Below are positions 1 through 8,699 of a DNA stretch of 64,000 nt, piece after piece. Positions within the stretch are counted from its first letter, which is position 1. Every line of letters starts with the position of its first letter. The translations under genes and the position numbers were made by a program. The stretch is from a bacterium (lineage in GTDB: Bacteria; Fidelibacterota; Marinisomatia; Marinisomatales; JAHJCW01), in the NCBI GenBank assembly GCA_028282845.1, contig JANQGY010000015.1:155207-219206 (forward strand), read 5' to 3'. The notes below the pieces were generated by a model that was not told the DNA's origin, searched no databases, and saw only the letters and a program-made list of their open reading frames with translations.

Positions 1-1401
1 CTTATTTAATCTGTTGATACAAATTTCCTTACCCAATAGTTCCATCATTTCAAAAAGTGACGGCCCTGATGCAATACCGCTCAAAGCTAATCTTGTAGGA
101 TGAATAATTTTTCCGGCAGATATATTTTCTCTTTCAGATAGAAATCTCAATGAATTTTCAATATTTTGATGATTCCAATTATTAATGACATTCAGTTTTT
201 GAATAAATTTTTCCATCAACTCATTCACAGATTTATCCTTCCATCTTTTTCTTACGGCTTTTTCTTCATACTCTGTAGGATCATCGAAAAAATAATTAGT
301 TTTATGTGTAATATCTTTTAATGTCTTAATTCTATCAAAATTTAATTCAATAACATCATTGACATATTCTTTGTCCTTATTTTTTGTCCAATCAGGTTTA
401 AACTCATTTATAAAATCATATATGTTATGAATTGTTTTATTCTTTAAGTGTTGATAATTAACCCAAACTAATTTCTGTTCATCAAATACCGCACTTTTTT
501 TCTGAATCCTGTCAATATCAAATGCACTTATCAATTCAGCAGTTGTAAATATCTCCTGCTCAGTACCCGGATTCCAACCAAGCAAAGCTAAGTAATTCGT
601 TAATGCTTCCGGTAAATAGCCCTGTTCGCGATATTCCTGAACGCCGGTTGCACCATGACGTTTGCTCAGGCGTCTCTTATCAGCCCCAAGGATCATTGGC
701 AAATGCGCAAAAACAGGTATAGAATAATTAAGGGCGTTGCAAATAATAATCTGTTTGTGAGTATTGGAAACATGGTCTTCCCCGCGGATGACATGCGTTA
801 TTTCCATATCATTATCATCAACTACTACCACTAAATTATAAACCGGCGTGCCATCAGTGCGGGCGATGATAAAATCGTCAAGTTCCTTATTATCTATTTT
901 AATCGTTCCATAAATTTTATCTTCAAAAGATGTAGTTCCTTCAGCAATTTTTATACGAACCGCGAACTCAGCACCGTTATCTAAATTTTGTTTAACTTCT
1001 TTTTCTGTAAGATTTTTACAAGTTCCCGGGTAAAGGTATGCACCCCCTTTTGCTTCTGCAGCTTGCCGATCAGCTGCGATTTGCTCTTTTGAACAAAAAC
1101 AACGATACGCTTTTCCACTCTCTAATAATTTATTAATTACTGATTTATACATTTCCAATCGCTGCGATTGAAACACAATTTCCTCATCCCATTCCAAACC
1201 TAACCATTTCAGCGAATCACAAATCTGATTAGTATATTCCTGCTTGGAGCGAACTTTATCGGTATCTTCAATCCTAAGTAAGAATTTGCCATCATTACCT
1301 TTAGCAAATAACCAATTGAATAAGGCTGTACGAGCACCCCCAAGATGTAGTTGTCCTGATGGACTTGGCGCAAAACGAACACGTGGTTTTATACTATTCA
1401 T
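1..1401 (-). CDS. gltX: Glutamate--tRNA ligase (3' end runs off window; absent from ORF track)
   Basis: Manual translation from ATG at 1401: MNSIKPRVRFAPSPSGQLHLGGARTA (HIGH-like), later ITHVIRGEDH and RLSKRHGA (KMSKS-like); still open at position 1. Confidence 0.95.
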   Translation of the reverse strand, partial: MNSIKPRVRFAPSPSGQLHLGGARTALFNWLFAKGNDGKFLLRIEDTDKVRSKQEYTNQICDSLKWLGLEWDEEIVFQSQRLEMYKSVINKLLESGKAYRCFCSKEQIAADRQAAEAKGGAYLYPGTCKNLTEKEVKQNLDNGAEFAVRIKIAEGTTSFEDKIYGTIKIDNKELDDFIIARTDGTPVYNLVVVVDDNDMEITHVIRGEDHVSNTHKQIIICNALNYSIPVFAHLPMILGADKRRLSKRHGATGVQEYREQGYLPEALTNYLALLGWNPGTEQEIFTTAELISAFDIDRIQKKSAVFDEQKLVWVNYQHLKNKTIHNIYDFINEFKPDWTKNKDKEYVNDVIELNFDRIKTLKDITHKTNYFFDDPTEYEEKAVRKRWKDKSVNELMEKFIQKLNVINNWNHQNIENSLRFLSERENISAGKIIHPTRLALSGIASGPSLFEMMELLGKEICINRLNK

Positions 1402-1452
1402 GGTGCAGGTAATTTATTCTGAATTAGGTATGAATTAAAATCTATTTGAGCC

Positions 1453-1908
1453 CTATTTAGCAGAACTTCTTTTTCTGCCATTATTATAAATCTCAATGAA
1501 TTCATCAACGCTTAAAGCTGCGATTGCTTTTCCAATCAGCTCAAGAGGTAAGTTATCAATCTTTTTAAATCTAACACAACTTTTACCCATATCCATTCTT
1601 TTGCCGGTAGATTTATATTCAAATATGAATTCTTCCCTCAATTGCTCACTTGCGTAAATACCTGATAAATACACAGCCATATAATTTTTTTGAGAGGCAA
1701 GCGCAGCAAACATTAATGGCTGATTATTGTAAGTATTCGGAAAAATTGTAAAGGGAACTTGATAAGAGATCATTCCCCAATTCATTACTTCTTTGATTCC
1801 TTTGGGAAGATTCTTTAGGATCACATCACGGACTTGGGAGATTTGCTCTTTCCGATCTTCCGGTAAATCATCTAAATATTCTTTAACTGTTTTAGCTTTA
1901 CTCTGCAT
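1453..1908 (-). CDS. DUF1801 (YdhG-like) domain protein
   Basis: MQSKAKTVKEYLDDLPEDRK...WGMISY...LASQKNYMAVY...DMGKSCVRFKK. The ORF-track extension to 2007 is tRNA sequence; ATG at 1908 is used instead. Confidence 0.85.
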   Translation of the reverse strand: MQSKAKTVKEYLDDLPEDRKEQISQVRDVILKNLPKGIKEVMNWGMISYQVPFTIFPNTYNNQPLMFAALASQKNYMAVYLSGIYASEQLREEFIFEYKSTGKRMDMGKSCVRFKKIDNLPLELIGKAIAALSVDEFIEIYNNGRKRSSAK

Positions 1909-1928
1909 AATGGAGATTGGGTTAGTTG

Positions 1929-2013
1929 CGGAGAGGGCGGGATTCGAACCCGCGGTATCTTGCGATACGCACGCTTTCCAAGCGTGTGGCTTAAGCCGCT
2001 CACCCACCTCTCC
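1929..2013 (-). tRNA. tRNA-Ser(GGA)
   Basis: GGAGAGGTGGGTGAGCGG...CACGC-TTGGAAA-GCGTG, long variable arm, GGTTCGAATCC T-arm; CCA not encoded. Confidence 0.96.
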
Positions 2014-2037
2014 CAGTTATCAAACTAACGGTACTTG

Positions 2038-2123
2038 CGGAGGGGGAGGGATTCGAACCCCCGGTCCGCGAAACGGACAACGGTTTTCAAGACCGCCGCA
2101 TTCAACCGCTCTGCCACCCCTCC
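2038..2123 (-). tRNA. tRNA-Ser(TGA)
   Basis: GGAGGGGTGGCAGAGCGG...GCGGT-CTTGAAA-ACCGT, long variable arm, GGTTCGAATCC. Confidence 0.96.
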
Positions 2124-2129
2124 AAAATA

Positions 2130-2666
2130 TTATTCTTTATTATCAGTCGGTTCAACTGCTTTTTCCTCAGCCGGTGCTTCGGTTTTTTCGGGTTCCTCTG
2201 ATTTAGGTTTCTCAGCTTTTTTATCTTCAACTTTTACTTTGGTGCTGTCTTTTGGTTTGGTTTTCTCTGCTTTATCCTCTTTAGTTTCAACCGATTCCTT
2301 TACCTCAACCTCAGATTCTTTTGTTTCTTTTGGCTTCTCCTGCTTTACTTCGGTTTGTTCTACTGAATCTTCTTGCATCTTGGCTTCTTTAGTTTCTTCC
2401 TTTACTGTCTCTTCCATTGTAGAAACTTCCTCCTTACTTTCATGAATTGAGGCCATCTCTTTGGCCATTTCTTCGATCTCTTTTTCCATTCGGGCTAAAG
2501 CCTGATCTATATTTTCATTTGGTCCTAATCGGACAAAACTTTCATTAAAGCGCCAGTTACCTGTTTTTTCCGAACGTTCACTTTTAATATATTTGATTGT
2601 TTTCCACTCTTTGTGTCCCTTGTGCCTTGCAGCTTTCTCTGCAAAACTCATCTGTTTTTTAGCCAT
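2130..2666 (-). CDS. DUF4295-like (putative ribosomal protein bL38) with long Glu/Lys-rich C-terminal tail
   Basis: N-terminus MAKK...KYIKSERSEKTGNWRFNESFV resembles the Bacteroidota DUF4295 pattern K.IK..KS.KTG.Y.F.E; about 110 aa low-complexity tail; AGGAG RBS upstream. Confidence 0.6.
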   Translation of the reverse strand: MAKKQMSFAEKAARHKGHKEWKTIKYIKSERSEKTGNWRFNESFVRLGPNENIDQALARMEKEIEEMAKEMASIHESKEEVSTMEETVKEETKEAKMQEDSVEQTEVKQEKPKETKESEVEVKESVETKEDKAEKTKPKDSTKVKVEDKKAEKPKSEEPEKTEAPAEEKAVEPTDNKE

Positions 2667-2697
2667 GCTATATCATACTCCTAAAATTTTGCCGGCG

Positions 2698-2726
2698 AAT
2701 TTACTCGTAAATAATTATATCTTCAA
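2698..2726 (-). promoter_or_regulatory. sigma70-type promoter for the DUF4295/tRNA-Ser unit
   Basis: TTGAAG-17 nt-TAAATT followed by GC-rich CGCCGGC discriminator. Confidence 0.55.
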
Positions 2727-2727
2727 T

Positions 2728-3903
2728 CTATATCATCTGTAACAATGAAGCACAGAGCAATGCTGCATAAGTTCCAACCACATATCCGGCAATACCTAAC
2801 ATAACACCGACTGTTGCTAACGCCGGATGAAACGCCGATGCCACGATCGGAGCCGATGCCGCTCCGCCGATATTTGCCTGTGAACCGACCGCCATAAAGA
2901 ATAACGGTGCTTTGATAAGCTTCATCACACTTAACATTATGATAACATGAAACAATATCCAGGTAATTCCCATGGCAAACAAATATGGATATTTAACCAC
3001 TTCTTTAAGATCGGCAGCGGCGCCGATCACACCAATCAACAAGTATAACATTACCGTACCCAATTTGGATGCCCCGGCTCCCTCAAGATTGCGAATTTTA
3101 GTAAATGAAAAGATCACACCAAAGGTTGTTATAAGAATTATTTTCCAGGTTGTATGTGAAATAATGTCGCCAAATTCCGGTAATAGATTTCCGAGTAAAT
3201 ACGCAAGCCAAGCCCCGCCAAAGGCAAGTGCCATTATCACCATATACTCAGTCGTAGTTGAAACTCGATTGGTTTTCTTCTGAAAATTAACGACTTTATC
3301 CTTTAATTCTTCGATCATCGAATTATCGGCTTTCAACTTCTGATCAATTGATTTGTAGCGGCCTGCCATGAACAGTAACACGCCAGTCCAAATATTTGCC
3401 ACGAGCACGTCAACCACAACCATTAAACCGAGCATAGCATCGGTTGCGCCAACCGAATTACCAATTGCAATGAAATTTGCTCCGCCACCGATCCATGAAC
3501 CGGCTAAGGCAGCCATACCTTTCCAAATTTCAGGTGGTAATTGATTCTTAAAAATGAACAAAGCTATCGGTCCTCCGAGCACTACCCCAATCGTACCCGA
3601 CAAAAACATAATTACCGCCTTTCTCCCTAATTTAATGATACCTTTTATATCAACTGCCAAGGTTAGCAACAATAAACTCGCCGGAAGAACAAAGCGTTTT
3701 ATCTGTCCGTAAATTTCAGCTTCGGATGGGATAATATTAAGGGCAGTTAAAATTGTTGGAATGAAATATGCAAAAACAAGCGGTGGTACAAACCTAAATA
3801 CTCTGCCATATTTTTTATGTGAATCAATCGTGAAGATTATAGCCGGTATAATTAATAATACAGCTAATAATCCAAATGAATTGTGAATAAGTGTGTTTTC
3901 CAT
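2728..3903 (-). CDS. DUF819 (YjcL-like) membrane protein
   Basis: Multi-TM; LAGSWIGGGANF and GSQANIGGAASAP motifs. Confidence 0.85.
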   Translation of the reverse strand: MENTLIHNSFGLLAVLLIIPAIIFTIDSHKKYGRVFRFVPPLVFAYFIPTILTALNIIPSEAEIYGQIKRFVLPASLLLLTLAVDIKGIIKLGRKAVIMFLSGTIGVVLGGPIALFIFKNQLPPEIWKGMAALAGSWIGGGANFIAIGNSVGATDAMLGLMVVVDVLVANIWTGVLLFMAGRYKSIDQKLKADNSMIEELKDKVVNFQKKTNRVSTTTEYMVIMALAFGGAWLAYLLGNLLPEFGDIISHTTWKIILITTFGVIFSFTKIRNLEGAGASKLGTVMLYLLIGVIGAAADLKEVVKYPYLFAMGITWILFHVIIMLSVMKLIKAPLFFMAVGSQANIGGAASAPIVASAFHPALATVGVMLGIAGYVVGTYAALLCASLLQMI

Positions 3904-3936
3904 ATTAGTCCTTAATGGGTTAAGTAAAAACGAAAT

Positions 3937-4998
3937 TTATTCTTTTTGAGTTGACTGTTTTTGGGTGGACAGGCGTTTTTCACGACGCTCAACGGCAAGT
4001 TTGCGCATATCTATGACCGAATCATGTTCATCAACAATTTCAACGCCAAGCAAAGTTTCGATGGCATCTTCCAAGGTTATTAATCCTACAATGGTGCCAA
4101 ATTTATCTTCAACCATAAAAAGTTGTTGGTGCCTTTTAACAAACTCATCCAAAACAGTTGCAACCGGAGTTGATTCCAAGATAGTGGTAATTGGTTCCAT
4201 TATTTCTTCCATCTTGGTGTCAAACTCATCTTCTGCATGTTTCTGAACTAGGTCATAGCGATGAACAAATCCAACAACATGATCCAAATCTTCCGCATAA
4301 ATTGGAATCCGTGAAAAAACAATCGGTGAATTATTATCTGTTACTTCTTTTACTGTCATTTCTTTAGGCAATGCAAAAACTACTGATCGCGGAGTTAGAA
4401 CTGATTCTGCCGGGACATCCCTCAATTTCAAAAGATTTTCAATAATATCAGATTCCTGTTCCTGTATTGTTCCTTCATCTTCGCCTCTTTCAGCCATCGC
4501 AATAACTTCTTCCCTAGTCACCGCTATATGTTCTGAACTCTTATTGAAAATTTTGGAAAAGGCTTCCGACAAATAGACAAATGGAATTACTGTCCATGTC
4601 AAAATCCTTACAGCGTATGCCGTGAAGCCCGCAAGCGATTTAGAATAAACAGCTCCAAGGGTTTTAGGTATTATTTCGGAAAATATTAAAATGGATAAAG
4701 TAAGAATAGCAGAAGTAGCGGCAACCCACTCACTGCCAAAAATTTTTAATGCTTCTGCTCCTACACCGGCGGCTCCAACCGTATGGGCAATTGTGTTTAA
4801 TGTTAAAATTGCTGCAAGCGGTCTATTTATGTTGGTTTTTTGCTCCTCAAGTAAATCAGCCGCTTTATTACCATCTTTTTTCATTATGGCAATATGATTG
4901 AAGCTTACCGACAACATCACAGCTTCCATCAGCGAGCATAAAAAAGACACAAGAAGTGCCAGTAAAAAATATAATATAAGATAAATCATTAATGACAA
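3937..4998 (-). CDS. CNNM/HlyC/CorC family (DUF21 + CBS pair) transporter
   Basis: SFLCSLMEA, ILTLNTIAHTVGA, SEIIPKTLG, FSRIPIY, GLITLEDAIETLLG. Confidence 0.9.
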   Translation of the reverse strand: MSLMIYLILYFLLALLVSFLCSLMEAVMLSVSFNHIAIMKKDGNKAADLLEEQKTNINRPLAAILTLNTIAHTVGAAGVGAEALKIFGSEWVAATSAILTLSILIFSEIIPKTLGAVYSKSLAGFTAYAVRILTWTVIPFVYLSEAFSKIFNKSSEHIAVTREEVIAMAERGEDEGTIQEQESDIIENLLKLRDVPAESVLTPRSVVFALPKEMTVKEVTDNNSPIVFSRIPIYAEDLDHVVGFVHRYDLVQKHAEDEFDTKMEEIMEPITTILESTPVATVLDEFVKRHQQLFMVEDKFGTIVGLITLEDAIETLLGVEIVDEHDSVIDMRKLAVERREKRLSTQKQSTQKE

Positions 4999-5093
4999 AA
5001 TTAAATAAAAGGCAGTGCTTATCCAAAGCTAACCTTTTATTTTTTCTCACATGATAATTATCTAAAATTAGCAAAAATAATTCTGATAATAGT

Positions 5094-6005
5094 CTAATTG
5101 AAGATATTTAGTTTGGTATCTTTTTTAAATAATCCATTTGAGAAGACAAAAATTGATATGGATGTGCTCGGAACAGTTCCATCGGGGAAACCGATTTTTG
5201 ATACCCAACTATAAATCGGAATATTTAAGCTAATTTGGAAAAAATCTATTTGAGAATTTGAAGGTATCAGATTAATCCCTAAATATATGAAACCTAAATA
5301 ACGGGTATCTCGATTATCTTCAAAAGGTGTTGGCGGCGCAATCAATTTTTGATGTTGTATTGAAAGATAAGGACTCACATAAAAATTTAATATTTGCTCA
5401 TCTAACCAAAATATTGTACTTATTTCATTATCAATAAATACATTAGATTTTTCTTGAATATTTTTATCAATTCCAAACAATATATTGAAACTGTTATTGA
5501 ATAAATTTCTTTTTATCCAAGTGATAGAATAAGTCGGTACAATACCGGTTTTGAACGGAAATGATTCATTGGAATAATGCGGTTTTACAGGCAAAGTCAA
5601 TGCGCCTTCAGCTAGACCTAAGTTATAAGTCAATTCTTTTCTGAATCCTGATTGAACTTTTGCTCCCAACACATAGGTGGATGATTGCTGAAAAGATACG
5701 CTTTCTTTAATTGAAGTAAACGAAACTGATGTGTTAATGAACCAAACTACCTTGTCAGTTAAGTATCCGGATACCTCAAAATAACCATTGTTTCCAAAAG
5801 GATATCTAATATTCCTACTATCATCCAAATTAATTAAATTCGATAATCCGACATTCCATCGCATATTCTGATTAAAATCCAATTTGCTTGGGTAATGGGC
5901 TAAAATCACTGAGCCTGCATTTGAATTAACTGCCCCAACCAATGAACAGCAAACTTGTCCAAACAAGGCTGAAATAAATGGGATCAGTATAAATATTTTT
6001 TTCAA
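5094..6005 (-). CDS. Exported hypothetical protein, possibly outer-membrane beta-barrel
   Basis: Signal peptide followed by QVCCS; beta-rich alternating pattern; overlaps the stop of the DUF3179 gene by 4 nt. Confidence 0.5.
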   Translation of the reverse strand: MKKIFILIPFISALFGQVCCSLVGAVNSNAGSVILAHYPSKLDFNQNMRWNVGLSNLINLDDSRNIRYPFGNNGYFEVSGYLTDKVVWFINTSVSFTSIKESVSFQQSSTYVLGAKVQSGFRKELTYNLGLAEGALTLPVKPHYSNESFPFKTGIVPTYSITWIKRNLFNNSFNILFGIDKNIQEKSNVFIDNEISTIFWLDEQILNFYVSPYLSIQHQKLIAPPTPFEDNRDTRYLGFIYLGINLIPSNSQIDFFQISLNIPIYSWVSKIGFPDGTVPSTSISIFVFSNGLFKKDTKLNIFN

Positions 6006-7030
6006 TTTACTATTTCAATATCAGGGAAAAAGGCTGCGGCTGAAAACCAATAGGCAATATATGACTCGCCGGTTTGCAAATTATCGGTCCCCGGATTTGA
6101 AATATTTACTCCAAGAATATTCCATTGTTCATTACTGTTTCTATCAGATATAATAATTTCGCCGGAAGAAATATCCCATTTTTCAATTTCCAATTCTTTG
6201 TCAGTTTTATATGCGATTGCTATATTATCAGATTCAGAAATTATTGCGATATACTTTTCTCCATTAACTACAATATTGAATATTTCAGGCAGGTTGGACT
6301 TAATTCTTATTGCTTTAGCGCCATTTCCATTAATTATTGTCAGAACACGCTCTTTTGCCGCAAGTCTATTATCTTGAAATTCAATCGGAAAATAAATATA
6401 GTCCTGGCAGGCAAGCGAATTACAGTTTTTGTAATCACCATAAGGATATCGGTTATAATCCCTGTTATAACCGGTATTAGCATTCAGTATTTTTGAGTTC
6501 GGATATAACTTTTTCCAATTTGCCCAAGTTGTTTCTAACATAGGATTAATAGCAAGATTCTCACCGATTCGATTGCCGTTAGCTGATTCTAATAACATTT
6601 GCGGCCATAAACTATCGGTTTTCCGATCATACATAATCAAGTTACTATTAAATAATAGTCCAGAAACACCAAATTCATGATCAGTTTCAATATTGATAGC
6701 ACTGCCCGTTAATGGGCAATAAGAAATGCTATAGCCCGAACCATTTACAATTTCATGCCAATCAAGTATCGAATGCGGAAAAGCTAAATATTCACCATCA
6801 TGCCAAATTCCAACTACAAGATCTTCATCATCCAAAGAAGTAATGTTTTCCCCGTTTATTGCTGAAAATTGTGGTGAATCAATGCTTGGGATACAATCCT
6901 TTCCTTTAAAGCATCCTTCGCGAATAAAATTTTCATTGATCGTCCAATTTTGATCTTCAATATTTAAAGCATTTGTACATGACATGACCAATAAACAAAT
7001 TGATAGAGCATAAATTCTATTCATATTCAT
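6002..7030 (-). CDS. DUF3179 family lipoprotein
   Basis: Lipobox VMSC; KDCIPSID.P, ILDWHEIVN, SYCPLTGS, FGVSGLLFNSNLIMYDRKTDSLWPQ, YWFSAAAFFP. Confidence 0.85.
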   Translation of the reverse strand: MNMNRIYALSICLLVMSCTNALNIEDQNWTINENFIREGCFKGKDCIPSIDSPQFSAINGENITSLDDEDLVVGIWHDGEYLAFPHSILDWHEIVNGSGYSISYCPLTGSAINIETDHEFGVSGLLFNSNLIMYDRKTDSLWPQMLLESANGNRIGENLAINPMLETTWANWKKLYPNSKILNANTGYNRDYNRYPYGDYKNCNSLACQDYIYFPIEFQDNRLAAKERVLTIINGNGAKAIRIKSNLPEIFNIVVNGEKYIAIISESDNIAIAYKTDKELEIEKWDISSGEIIISDRNSNEQWNILGVNISNPGTDNLQTGESYIAYWFSAAAFFPDIEIVN

Positions 7031-7168
7031 CTCCTATCTGTTGTCACAAATTATATAACAAAATAAATAGAAAATGTTGCAAGGACGACAAAGAATGTTC
7101 GCATATTAAAAAATCTATATTTGTCTGATACCCGACAAATTCCATACTTTATATGAGCAGCATAGATG

Positions 7169-7240
7169 AGTATCAATACTTCCCTTGTACCCGGACTCGG
7201 ACTCGAACCAACACGGGTTCAGCACCCGAGGGATTTTAAG
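7169..7240. repeat. att-like direct repeat: 3' half of tRNA-Leu(TAA) plus first part of its terminator
   Basis: 72 bp, 67/72 identical to 33745-33816 by manual alignment; homology ends in the anticodon arm. Confidence 0.93.
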
Positions 7241-7346
7241 GATTTTGAATTAATAATCTATCTCCATCTATTGCCCAGTATGGAGAAAATAGTGATTTAA
7301 CTTATACCACTGTTATACCATGAGAATATGCGATTAAATCCAATAG

Positions 7347-8699
7347 TTAATTAATTTTTACTCTTCCCAATAAATATCTATTCTCGCCATCGTTTTCAGT
7401 ATTTGCAAACTGAATTCCTGGAGATTTAGTAAGAGGATCAATAATACCGATTCTAATCTCATAAATTCCCGGATTGATATTATTCGGTATATCAACTTTA
7501 CCGAATGCTGTATTTACTCCGGGTAGCCATCCTGTGATATCAATATTCTGCTCTTCAGAGTATTTAATTTCTGAATTTTCACTTAACAAATAAATATGAA
7601 TCGGCCATTTTAAATAAAATGGAGCTACACCCTTATTTTCGACTTCTAAAGAAAAGTCCATTATCGAACCGATATTCATTTCATTGTTATAAGTAAAGCC
7701 TCGTATTACAAATCTGTATCCGAGGGTCTTATGCAGTTTTTCTAAATTTTCACGGTGGTTATCATCAACCGGTGTTATTGCTCCTCCTGCTGAGCCGATC
7801 CATGACCAATGATGTTTTTTAATGAAATTGTAATTAAGCTCAAATCTTTCCGTAGTTCCTTGTGTAGCACCATAGTTAGAGCCGCAAAATTCTCCGGTAA
7901 CTATTGCGTTTTTCCACAGGCGATTGGATAAATTTGGATCAATTCTATTCATACTTGTTTCGTACCAATCATTTTGATCCTCTGTTCCCAAACAGTCATT
8001 TCTTACTCCATGCCCAGCTGCAGCTACTGCTGCTGTTGCTAAATCATCATCAAACGCAATCACTAAAGGTTTTGTAGGGAATGCCTCGAAATAGTGATCA
8101 AGTATCTCTAGTTTCGTTTCATCAGTTGCTTCAAGACTATCATTTAGCCATACATGCCATTCACCCCAAAAACCATATGACCCAATATCTACCCATGCAA
8201 CTCTAGGATCACTATCATACCTCTCACCAATTGTACTAATTAATTTCTTATGTGCTTCAAGAAATTTAGGATTATCCCAATCAGGTGCCAATCCCTCATG
8301 GTTATCAATCGAATAGCCCCTCAATTCAACCCCTTCATCAACTAAATATTGCGGTATATTGATTTGATCTTCATTTCCAGGAATAGCAGCGGAAATCCTA
8401 AATCCAACCCGTTTTCCTGTTAATAGAATATTACCCCAATTCCTTTCTAGGTTATTCCAATTGTATACTCCCTCACTAGTTTCAATATCACTCCAAGGGA
8501 AAGTGGCTACTTGCAATTTTGCTTCAAACATTGGATTAGAATTTCCTATCCAAGGACAAAACCCTTTCATGGGATTTTCTAAAGGTTCATGAATCTCTTG
8601 AAAATCAATTGGTTCTAATTGGTCATTTTTCGATACAATTTTTTTATCACAACAAGTTAATAGTATCAGACTGAATAAAATTATTAATCGCATTCTCAC
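7347..8699 (-). CDS. DUF4832-type putative glycoside hydrolase lipoprotein
   Basis: Lipoprotein-like signal; LENPMKGF, WSDIETSEGVYNW, IGSYGFWGEWH, LGYRF, VENKGVAPFY motifs. Confidence 0.75.
   Translation of the reverse strand: MRMRLIILFSLILLTCCDKKIVSKNDQLEPIDFQEIHEPLENPMKGFCPWIGNSNPMFEAKLQVATFPWSDIETSEGVYNWNNLERNWGNILLTGKRVGFRISAAIPGNEDQINIPQYLVDEGVELRGYSIDNHEGLAPDWDNPKFLEAHKKLISTIGERYDSDPRVAWVDIGSYGFWGEWHVWLNDSLEATDETKLEILDHYFEAFPTKPLVIAFDDDLATAAVAAAGHGVRNDCLGTEDQNDWYETSMNRIDPNLSNRLWKNAIVTGEFCGSNYGATQGTTERFELNYNFIKKHHWSWIGSAGGAITPVDDNHRENLEKLHKTLGYRFVIRGFTYNNEMNIGSIMDFSLEVENKGVAPFYLKWPIHIYLLSENSEIKYSEEQNIDITGWLPGVNTAFGKVDIPNNINPGIYEIRIGIIDPLTKSPGIQFANTENDGENRYLLGRVKIN

Noticed and set aside
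2038-2123. Possible tRNA-Sec to match the selenoprotein
   Set aside because: The anticodon is TGA (Ser), not TCA, and the acceptor stem is a normal 7 bp.
1793-2445. ORFs 1793-2206 and 2035-2445, and the N-terminal extension of 1453-2007
   Set aside because: Shadows of the two tRNA-Ser genes and antisense to real genes.
6002-7030. Selenocysteine in DUF3179 or in thioredoxin (41282-41641)
   Set aside because: Both read through with Cys codons and have no in-frame TGA.
7184-7240. Possible extra tRNA-Leu gene
   Set aside because: Only the 3' half is present, with mismatches in the acceptor and T stems; it is an att remnant.
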